Assembly: GCA_043228905.1 (NCBI GenBank)
Contig: JBHGNT010000004.1
Coordinates: forward strand, 4,402,001-4,466,000
Direction: 5' to 3'
Source of the DNA: Azolla caroliniana
Taxonomy: Eukaryota; Plantae; Polypodiophyta
DNA: 64,000 nt
Shown piece after piece: positions 38,470-49,450 of this stretch; position 1 is the first letter of the stretch, and every line of letters starts with the position of its first letter. A program made the position numbers and the translations under genes. The notes beneath the pieces are model-generated. The model was not told the origin of the DNA. It made no database searches and was given only the letters and a program-made list of their open reading frames with translations.

Positions 38470-39080
38470 TCTGGTTTTTCAAATGTGCTCATTTGAGAGT
38501 TTTGTATAGAAATATGCTTGAGTCTTGTACATGCTCATTACGGTAAGGGGGTGTTGTGACTATACGATGCTATTTATATATTATCTTCCTCAACATGCTC
38601 TTGTTGAGCATGTTTGTTTTTGTTCCTGCTCTTCATTTGTCTTGTTTTTCAAATGCATTCATTTGAGAGTCTTGTACAAAAATATGGTTGAGTCTTGTAC
38701 ATGTTCACATATGGTAAGGGGGCATTATGATGTTTTATTTGTTATCTCCCTCAACGTGTTCTTGTTGAGTATGTTTGTCATCTTATTTTTCAAATGTGTT
38801 CATTTGAGAGTCTTGTAACATGTACATGGTTGAGTCTTGTACATGTTCACATATGGTAAGGGGGCATTATGATGATATGATGTTTTATTTGTTATCTTCC
38901 TCAACATGTTCTTGTTGAGTATGTTTGTCATCTTATTTTTCAAATGTGTTCATTTGAGAGTCTTGTAACATGTACATGGTTGAGTCTTGTACATGTTCAC
39001 ATATGGAAAGGGGTGCTATGTTGATATGGTCCTATGTCTACGTTATGTTCCTCAACATGTTCTTGTTGAGTATGTTTGGT
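38470..39080. repeat. Tandem repeat, ~140-170-bp unit x4
   Basis: caaatgtg(c/t)tcatttgagag...gagtcttgtacatg recurs at ~38480, 38650, 38791 and 38941. Confidence 0.8.
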
Positions 39081-40529
39081 GATGTTCTTGCTCTTGTTCT
39101 ATCTATTGTTCTTGTTATTGTTGTTATTGTTCTTGTTTTCTCTAGTGTTAATCGAAGAGCTGAGATATGAATCTTGCACTTGTTGAGGCTTAGACAAGGG
39201 TGCCTCATTTAGTACTATTGTGATGACATGTCCAAGAAGTGCTTTGTTCTTGATTTGGACGACTATGTCATGTTCTTGTTGTTTTTGTTGATTTTGTTGA
39301 AATTGTTGTTCCTTTTCTTTCCAGATTCATTTGCGAGTCGCGATTTAGTAATTCTGTGATGAAAAGTATATGATTTGTTATTTTTGGACCAGACTATTAT
39401 GGCATGTTCTTGTTGTTGGTAGAGGTGTTATTGTTTTTGCAAATTCAAGCATATACATGTTCATTTGAGGGTTGAGATATGCTTGAATCTTATACATGTA
39501 TATGCTTGAATTTGCTTTGCTTCTTCTTCTTCTTGTTGGAAAGGGGGATGCTTGACTTAGTACCACTATGTTGAATAGTTGTTTTCTTGTTGTTATTCTT
39601 CTTGCTCTTGTTGATTTAGTATTGTTGTCTAGACATATTTATAATGTGGTAATGTACTACATGATCTAGGAATGGTATTCTACTATGTATATTGATGTGT
39701 GAAGTACTAGTTTATAGCTATGTAAGGGAGTTAATACTATGTTGTGGAAGTTGTTTTAGAAGGAGAGTGAGAACTAGAAAAATGGCAAAGAAGACACCCG
39801 AGAAGAAGGCTCTAGTCAAAGACGAAGTGATGACACCCACAAAGGAAAGAATGTGGACCCCTCATCAAAGAAAGTAAATAGACAAAGACCAAAGAAAGGG
39901 TGAAGCGCATGTGTTTTTGCATGTGAAGTTCAAATAACATTGAAGTTGACCAGGAAGAATTTACTCGTCACCAATCATCACATTATAGAGAGTCCTCCAA
40001 TACAAACATTGGCTTGAAGTCTGAGGATGCCTCCAAGGATATCTCTCCTTCTACCTTCTACGGTTTATATTTTTCTCCTTTAGCTATTATGTTGTAGTTT
40101 GTGTCTCCAAGTGCAGGTGTAGATTCTGTGGCTTTGGATTCAAGCTCGAGGCTATGGATGTTGTGATTACATCGTGTTTGCACACATATCATATGCTATG
40201 TGCTAAGTACCACTTTGAGAAAATAAATACATGTATGCATTGTAAAAGTACTGTTGGAGATTAATAGTACTTAGCTATGAGTTTCAAAGTTCACTCCACT
40301 GGTATGTGATACTACTATTATGTTTTTCTGTATTTTCTAATTCCATTTTATAGTTGCTTTAGTATAGGTTTAGTCCACAATTCATACTAGAAAATAGAAA
40401 ATTCATGGTTTAGTACTGGTTTCGCTCCATATACTATATGTTGCATCAATATTTATGTCATTTAGTTCTTGTGCATTCATCATAACTAATTTTACATGTT
40501 TGTGTATAGATGTTGTAGTACTAAACATG

Positions 40530-41700
40530 CTACTTTGACTGAATCCCATTCTATATTTAGATGGGCTAATACTAACATAGTACACACTTCACGACACCTT
40601 TAGGTGTACAATTGGTGGAGTACTAAAATCCATCTTATACTTAGGTGGGCTAGTACTAACATAGTACGCACTTCATTCAGTAAGTAGTTGTACAATTGGT
40701 TTCGTACTAGGATCTATTCTATATTTACGTGGGCTAGTACTAGCATATTCACACTTCAGGAGACCTTTAGGTGTATAGTTGGTGTAGTACTAGAATCCAT
40801 CCTATATTTAGGTGAGCTAGTACGAATATAGTACAAACTTCAATATGCAATTAATTATACAATTGGTTTAGTACTAGAATCCATTCTATATTTAGGTGGG
40901 TTAGGATAGGCATAGTACACACTTCAGTAGACCTTTAGGTGTACAGTTGGTGTAGTACTAGAATCCATCCTCTATGTAGGTGAGCTAGTACTAACATAGT
41001 ACACACTTCATTTTGGAAGTAGTTGTACAATTGGTTTAGTACTAGAATACATTCTATATTTAGGTGGGCTAGTACAAGCATAGGACAATTTTAGGAGACC
41101 TTTAGGTGTACAATTGGTGGAGTACTAAAATCCATCTTATACTTAGGTGGGCTAGTACTAACATAGTATGCGCTTCATTCAGTAAGTAGTTGTACAATTT
41201 GTTTAGTACTAGGATCTATTCTATATTTAGGTGGGCTAGTACTAGCATATTACACACTTTAGGAGACCTTTAGGTGTATAGTTGGTGTAGTACTAGAATC
41301 CATCCTATATTTAGGTGAACTAGTACGAATATAGTACAAACTTCAATATGCAATTAATTATACAATTGGTTTAGTACTAGAATCCATTCTATATTTAGGT
41401 GGGCTAGGATAGGCATATTACACACTTCAGTAGACCTTTAGGTGTACAATTGGTGTAGTACGAGAATCCATCTTATATGTAGGTGACCTAGTACTGACAT
41501 AATACACACTTCATTTTGGAAGTAGTTGTGCAATTGGTTTAGTACTAGAATCCATTCTATATTTAGGTGGGCTAGTACAAGCATAGGACAATTTTAGGTG
41601 TACAATTGGTGTAGTACTAGAAATCATCCTATATTTAGGTGGTTTAGTTCTAAAAGCGAACACACTTCATTCTGCAATTACTTCTACAATTGGTTTAGTA
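40530..41700. repeat. Minisatellite, 84-bp unit x~14, with a ~502-bp higher-order duplication
   Basis: a(a/g)ttggt...agtactagaatccat recurs every 83-84 bp. The block at 40599 is repeated at 41101. Confidence 0.88.
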
Positions 41701-42449
41701 TTACATTATTGATTATGTTTGTGTTGATGTGAATTAATACTAATGTAGAGAAAAAGAGCATAAGGATCTTAGTTGTTTGGTTGTATTAGTACTAACATGG
41801 TTCCGAACATTGTATTTTTTGTGTTCCAAGTGATTGAGGACTGATGTAAAGCAAATGGACATGAAGGTCTTAGCAGTTTAGTTGTAACAATACTAACATT
41901 GTTCATTACCACCTAGGTTATTGTCTCTATCATATTTAGTATTGATGTAAAGCAAACGACAATTTGTGTTTTGGCCTCATATACAGATATTGAAGAAGGA
42001 ATTTGGAATGATGAAGAGCACCAAAATGAGACTAGCACCATCCGTTGCACTATTGAGGAGTTGGATGCCATAGACAATCAGGGTGAGGAGGACATGACAA
42101 ACACAACCACATGCAAAGAGTTGTCTACAGAAGTGGAGGATCACACCGATGTAACAGTAGGCAGGAGTGTGAACCTTTACCTTTTATGTTAATTGAGATT
42201 AGTATTGACACTGGTATTGTTGGGTGCATTCAGATTTAGTTGGACAAGAACTAGGAGATGAACAAATACATGAAGATGATTGAGGCACTATATGGAGCAG
42301 AGATGAAGATTCCGAGATTGTGACAATGCCTTGTACAAAAGATGACTCTAACAACACTACAACCACACATGAGGATTGTGAAGAAAACATCACATTCAAT
42401 TTAGAAGAGGAGAACAACTATACAAAGAATGAGGTTTCTAGCATTGTCC

Positions 42450-42860
42450 ACAAGGAGGACATGGGTACTAAGAAAGATGTGGACAACACCATCCAGGATG
42501 AGTTTGCAAAAAAGACAATTACCAGCCACGAAGAGGAGCACATGTGCACTAAGAAAGATGTGTATAACACCATTCTGGAGGAATCTACAAAAAACACCAC
42601 TACCACTCATGAAGAGGAGCACATGGGTACTGCGAAAGATATGGATGACACCATCCGGATGAGTGTGTGAAAAACACAACTACCACCCATGAAGAGGAGC
42701 ACATGGGTACTGCGAAAGATGTGGATAACACCATCCCGGATGTGTGTGAAAAACACAACTACCACCCATGAAGAGGAGTACATGGTTACTAAGAAAAATG
42801 TGTACAACGTCAGCTAGGATGAGTATCAGAAAATCACCACTACGACCCATGAAGCGGAGC
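42450..42860 (+). repeat. 81-bp coding-type tandem repeat (27-aa unit EEEHMGTKKDVDNTI..E..KNTTTTH) in a decayed acidic ORF
   Basis: gaggagcacatg at 42533, 42614 and 42694; ORF 42320-42670. Confidence 0.8.
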
Positions 42861-43479
42861 CACACCAAATGTAGGACGGGGAATCCAGCGGCACCCAGGG
42901 GGTACATGAAGATACTGCTATCAACCGCATCTGATGTTGGTGTAAACAATGAAGTAGGAAACTCAAGGGGGGTGCCACCAGTCCGAGGAGGGGAACCATC
43001 TGATGTTGTCCTATTGGCCTCCAATGATGAAGTGCCACTTAGTAGTATGCAGAAGGGTGTAAAACCAATGAAGGAGATGATCAGTTCTCAATGCATTACA
43101 AGTACCAGAAAATACTAGTGCCAAAGATTTTATGGGTCATGGTTTGTACTTGTTATTGTCATATCGAAATGATATATATATTTTATACTTATTATGTGTC
43201 AAATTTATATGTTTGACATTGTTTTTGTTAGTCTCTCTCTAAGTATGAATGTGATGTTTTATGAGAAGATGAATGTAGAGTCCATTACAATCCAAAAATG
43301 TTTATGACATCATGTACCTCTTGAGGGACCTTGTAGACAATTTACTTCCCGGTCATAGTGCACTTGATTGCTATAATGGCCTCAACATAGATTATGGTGG
43401 TGGGTGCATCTTTTACTAAAGCATACATGTGGGAGGACCGTTGCAACTTTGCATAATAGTTGTTATAGTGAACAAAAGA

Positions 43480-44200
43480 GGATAGATACATGACTAGAAA
43501 CAGTTAACACTATAAGAGCACCAAACACTTTATGAAAACCAACGAGGATATATACATTACTAGAAACAGTTAGCACTTTAAGAGCATCAAATACTTTATG
43601 AAAATCAAAGAGGATATATACTGTACTAGAAACAGTTAACACTATAAGGCACCAAACACTTTATGAAAACCAAAGAGGATTAGAAACATTTACCACTATA
43701 AGAGCACCAAACACTTAACGAACACCAAAGAGGATATATACATTACGAGAAACAGTTAACACTACAAGAGCACCAAACACTTTATGAAAACCAAAGATGA
43801 TAATACATTACTAGAAACAATTCACACTATAAGAGCACCAAACACTTTATGAAAACCAAAGAGGATATTACATTACTAGAAACATTTAACACTATAAGAG
43901 CATCAAACACTTAACAAACACCAAAACGGATATATACATTACTAGATACAATTAACACTACAAGAGCAGCAATTGCTTTATGAAAACCAAAGAAGATAAT
44001 ACATTACTAGAAACATTTAACATTATATCAACACCAAACACTTCATGAAAACCAAAGCGGATAATATATTACTAGAAACATTTAACACTATATAAGCACC
44101 AATCACTTTATGCAAACCAAAGAGGATATATACATTACTAGAAACAGTTAACACTATAAGAGCAGCAAACACTTTATGAAAACCAAAGAGGATATATATT
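43480..44200. repeat. Minisatellite, 66-bp unit x~11
   Basis: ctagaaacagttaacactataagagcaccaaacactttatgaaaaccaaagagg at 43494, 43560, 43626 and onward. Confidence 0.9.
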
Positions 44201-44339
44201 CATGAATTTGTCATCCCTAATTAGGATAACTTCTGAGTTACATATGAAATTGAAGATCACTTGCCATTCTACAAGGTTTCTACAATGTATTAACAGATAA
44301 AAGTCCAAGCATTAAACAGGGAGACCTCCCCAAATATGT

Positions 44340-47115
44340 GTTAATGTACATATTGAGGGACCTTGTAGATAGTTTTGTATCCCTTAATCTCGTGCTTTGC
44401 CTGAGTCATAGTGAGCTTGATTGGGATAATGACATCATCTAGATTATGGTAGTGGGTGCATCTTGCAATAATGCATACGTGTTATTGCATTGTGGCAACT
44501 TTGCATAATAGTTGCCACAAATGATAGACTCCCCAACATTGGACATGTTGCCTCAAACATCCCTCACCACTTCTTTCAATATTTTGTTTCCTTGCTTGCA
44601 CACCACAATGTAGAGTAGTCTTCATTCAAAATCTTCATTTTGAGGAGATTTTAGCACTGCAAAAATGATCTCTAATAAAAGTGTACATAGATTGTGGTAT
44701 ACAATATTGTCTTTTTCATGGTTTTACAACCATATGATTTACTTCTATCCAACTTATTAGCAGGAATCTCAATAAACAATATATTCTTACCATCATTTGA
44801 CATTTTCCATGTCAGCTACCTCACAACATTACGTGCATTTTGTAACTTAGCACCTTTATTATCCACCTTTTTGCTTATAAGAGCATGCTTGATCACAGCC
44901 TCCACCCCATCATGCTCTCCTTTTCCATGTCCAGACCTGAAGTAGTTCTATTGCATCCTAATGTTGGTCAGTGAGAAGTACTTGTGCATTTTGCATCACA
45001 AGTAGCCAACAAACATTAGTAACAGTACTAAGTTAGTACATCACATGTAGCCGAACAATACTTAACATGGCTTAAAACTTAATTAATATTGGTTCACGTG
45101 GGAGGACATTACTAAGTTGTAAATTAAGAATACTTAACATGTCTTAAAACAGAATTACTACTAATAGATGTGGGAGGATAGTACTAAGTTGTAAAAAAAG
45201 AATGTTTTACATGGCTTAAACCATAATCAGTACTTGTGCACGGGGGAGGACATTAGTAAGTTGTAAATTAAGAATACTTAATATGGCTTAAAACATAATT
45301 AGTACCGATTCATGTGAGAGAAAGTACCAAGTTGTAAATTAAGAATACTTAACATGGCTTAAAATAGAATTAGTATTGATAGACGTGGGAGGATAATACT
45401 AAGTTGTAAATTAAGAATATTTTACATGGCTTAAAACAAAATTAGTACTAATAGACGTGGGAGGACAGTATTAAGTTGTAAATTAAGAATATTTTACATG
45501 GCTTAAAACATAATTAGTACTTGTGCACATGGGAGGACAGTACTAAGTTGTAAATTAAGAATACTTCACATGTCTTAAAACGTAATTAGTATTGATTCAT
45601 GTGAGAGGACAGTACTAAGTTGTAAATTAAGAGTACTTAACATGGCTTAAAATAGAATTAGTAATGATAAACATGGGAGGATAGTAGTGTGTTGTAAATT
45701 AAGAATATTTTACATGGTTTAAAACATAATTTGTATTCGTGCACATGGGAGGACAATACTAAGTTGTAAATTAAGGATAGTACTATGTTGTAAATTAGTT
45801 TTGATGCACATGGGAGGACAATACTATATTATTACATGTAGATACTAAGCATACATGAATAGACAATTAGTACTGATTCACATGGGAGGACAATCGTAAG
45901 TTTTTATTTATATTTATACTAAACACGTGAATAGACAATTAGTATTGATTCACATGGGAGGATAGTACTAAGTTGTTATTTAAAAATTCTAAACATAAGT
46001 GAGTAGAAAATTAGTACCGACACACATGGGAGGATAATACTAAGTTTTTATTTCAATATACTACATTTGGGTAAATATGCAATTAGTACTGATGCACATT
46101 GAAGGATTGTACTAAGTTTTTATTTAAAAATACTAAACTTAGGTAAATACACAATTAGTACTGATGCACATGGGAGGATAATACTAAGTTATATTTATAG
46201 ATACTGAACATACGTGAGTAAAAAATTAGTATTGACACACATGGGGGAACGATGTTAAGTTTTTATTTAAAAATATTAAACCTAGGTGAATACACAATTA
46301 GTACCAATGCACATGGGAGGACAGTACTAAGTTATTATTTATAATTTATAGATATTAAACATAAGTGAGTAGAAAATCAGTACTAACACATATGGGAGAA
46401 CAATACTAAGTAAACATGGGTAAACACATAATTAGTACTGATGCACATTTGATAGCAATATTAAGTTGTTATTCCGAATATTAAGCGTAGGTGAATAAAC
46501 AATTAGTGATGATGCATATAGAACAACAATACTAAGTTGTTATATAAAAATACTAAATATAGGTAAATATACAATTAGCATTGATGCACATGGGAGGACA
46601 ATACTACATTGTTATTTAAAAGTACTAAATATCAGTAAATACATAATTAGCATTGATGCATATTGGAGGCAGTACTAAGTTATTATTTAAATATACTAAA
46701 CATGGATAAAAACATTATTAGTACTGATGCACATTGGAAGAAAAGTAGAAAGTTTTTATTGAACAACTCTAAATGTAGGAGATTAAACTAATATTGGTAA
46801 TGTAGACAAGTTTGAATACAATTAGTTCTAAGTTTTCATTAAAGATTAGAAAGCATAGGAAACCAAAGTAATAGTTGAAGGCCTTTGAAGTATTAGTCGA
46901 CTAGACTTAGAACTATATGTACTTAACGTAAAATAATCAATTTACCTTGCAGTAAAACAGAAGTATCATGAAGCCTTAGATTGTGAGGCTACACCATCGA
47001 ATTAGACTTAATGTTGATTAAAGGTAAGACCAAAAAAGAATGAATCTACATGGTCAAGCTCAAACCAATGTTAAACAAAAAGCGGTTAATGCTTTTTATT
47101 ATCTGAAATATAGAT
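44340..47115 (-). pseudogene. Sola2-type transposase remnant (spliced, multiple stops)
   Basis: Manual translation: YISDNKKH*PLFV*H (~47115-47070); V*FDGVASQSKAS*YFCFTAR|GT (47007-46946); MQ*NYFRSGHGKGEHDGVEAVIKHAL...KLQNARNVV (44990-44795); C-terminal region 44670-44340. Confidence 0.7.
45030..46780. repeat. Minisatellite, 72-bp unit x~24, inside an intron of the Sola2 remnant
   Basis: tactaagttg at 45110/45182/45254; atgggagga at 45810/45882/45954. Confidence 0.9.
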
Positions 47116-49450
47116 TATTAATTTGTTATGTAACAACTGTGGATTTTGCCCATAACTCCTAAATTTATGTGGAATGAACTCCTAGAGTTACTTTTGAAAC
47201 TCTAAGACAAGCATAGTAACATATGTCTCCTTATATGCCCACTTAATATTTTTCCTAACTCGTCTATTCCCTATATTTTCTATTATATACCCTAAATTTG
47301 TTTCTATTTCACAATATGATAGTTACCACATCAAGCTCACTGTATCGAATATGGGTTGTGGGCAAAACCTACATCTTCCTAAAAGAAATGAAAGAGTGAT
47401 TGATAGATCATTTTTTGAGCATTACACATAGTAAGTACCATCTATTGGTAAACAAGAATAGATCATTTTTTGAGCATTAATAGATCATTTTTTAAGAAAT
47501 GAAAGATTGAGCATTAATAGATCATTTTTTGAGCATTACACATACTATATACTATCTATTGGTAAACAAGACATGTCAATCTAATTGATGACTACCATTT
47601 TCAATTATATGTATTACTTAAAAAAGAATACCAAGGAAAGTAATTAAAGCAATCAAGGTTGCAATTAGTTGTATACTAATATTACCAAATGGGACCTGCA
47701 AGCATAATAAATCAACAAGAGTTGTATTAGTATTTTCATAACCAATGATAACATGTTATCAAATATGAAAAGCAAGAAATAGAGGAAGAAAGATCAACAC
47801 GCAACATAAAAAATTTGAATATGACAAGGAGTCAAATAAAAAATTTATATACAAGAAAACCATGGTTTTATATATTAAAATAATGAAATACACGAAGAAG
47901 GGTGAACATGCAAAAAATCTACATGACAAAGATGAACATGACAATATGAGAAAAATGATGAGCATGAAAATAATATACATGAGAAAGATGAATAGAAAAA
48001 TACGAGAAGAAATATTAACAAGAAAAGAATCCACAAGAGAAAGATGAACACGAGAATATGAAAAATAAGATGGAAATGCAGAAGAAGCTCCTCTATGTAT
48101 AAACCGCTTATGATTTATAGACGAAGCTTAAAATCGAAGATTGGAATACTTATATTGGACATGAGAATAAGAGAAGGAAGATGAATATGAAAAAACATAC
48201 AAGAGAAAGATGAACATGATAATAAGAAAAGAAAGATGAGCATGAAAAATATCTACATGAGAATAGAGAAGAAAGATGAACATGAAAAAGATTTACATGA
48301 GAAAGATGAACATAAAAAAAATCTACATGAAAAAAAAGATGAACATGAGAAGACGAGAAGAGAGATAAACATAAGGAAAATCTCCTCTATCTATGAACCA
48401 CTTACTATTCATGGGAGAAACTTCAAATCGAAGATAGAAAGGCTCATGTTGGACATGAGAATATGAGAAGAAAGAAGAACATGAAAGAAATCTACATGAG
48501 AATATGAGAAGAAATATGAACATGAGGAAGAAGTTTCCCAATCAATGAATCGCATATGATTCATCAAAAAATATTCAAATCAGAGATAGGAGGACTCATG
48601 TTAGCCAAAACCTTAAATCTAAGTGCAGAAGATTCGTGTTGGAAGAAGCTTCAAATCTGAGTGCAAAAGATTCATGTTGGAAGAAGCTTCAAATCTGAGT
48701 GCAGAAGATTCATGTTGGAAGAAGCATCAAATTTGAGTTAGAATAATGATTAATGGAAGAAGCTTCAACCATGTTGTTATGAGAACTATTGAAAGATGAA
48801 GCATGAAATCTGAGGTAAGACAACAATTCATGCATAAGGTTCAAATTTGAGATAGGAGAACGATTCAGAAATAGGGTTCAGATCTGAGTAAGGAGAAGGC
48901 TTGGTTGGAAGAACAATGAGAAGAAAAAGCATCAAAAATGAAAAAGCATCAAAAATCTAGTAAGGGCTATTCAACTTCGAAAATTATATATCCTAATAAT
49001 TATACAAGGATACGTATCATATTGAAGGGTATGTATGGCTTATATTGATTTCATATCCATATTGTTGAGAATTTTAATACGACAGACTTAAATTTGATAT
49101 CATAATGGTAATTCGTGGGTTATTTTCTATTATTTTAAGCTATTATAGTTCATAAAACCTTTTTAAGTAAGGCCGCTAAATGTTACAAAATGTAGCAAAT
49201 GTCACTAAAAAGTCTGAATTGGACATAAAATTGGTATCTTTTCACACATATACTAAATTGTTCCCCCAAAGACATAATATTTCTGTTTAAATTTTGTGTT
49301 TTATACAGTAACTCGATACGACGTATCGAGTTCATGTATAAATCACAAAATTTAAATAGGAACTCGATACAGGGTATGGAGTTCATGTATAAAACACATA
49401 CTTTACAAAGGAACTCGATTTTTGAAAGTTTGGTGTGAACCTACATCCAG

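Larger units (their letters stand above)
37190..49425. mobile_element. Nested ~12-kb decayed Sola2-like DNA transposon (termini approximate)
   Basis: Mutually inverted clusters of the palindrome GAACTCGATACG-N-CGTATCGAGTTC at 37196-37350 and 49308-49420, with Sola2-type transposase remnants inside. Confidence 0.65.

Noticed and set aside
37831-39170. ORFs of 66-164 aa after the (CT)n tracts
   Set aside because: They derive from CT microsatellite and tandem repeats, probably UTR/intron of the nested element; no recognisable domain.
40530-46780. Regularly spaced repeats resembling CRISPR arrays
   Set aside because: Whole units repeat with no unique spacers, no cas genes are present and the context is eukaryotic; they are minisatellites.
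47759-48900. K/E/H-rich ORFs (HEKDEHEK..) on + and hydrophobic ORFs on -
   Set aside because: Low-complexity purine-rich degenerate repeats with many stops; no coherent reading frame.
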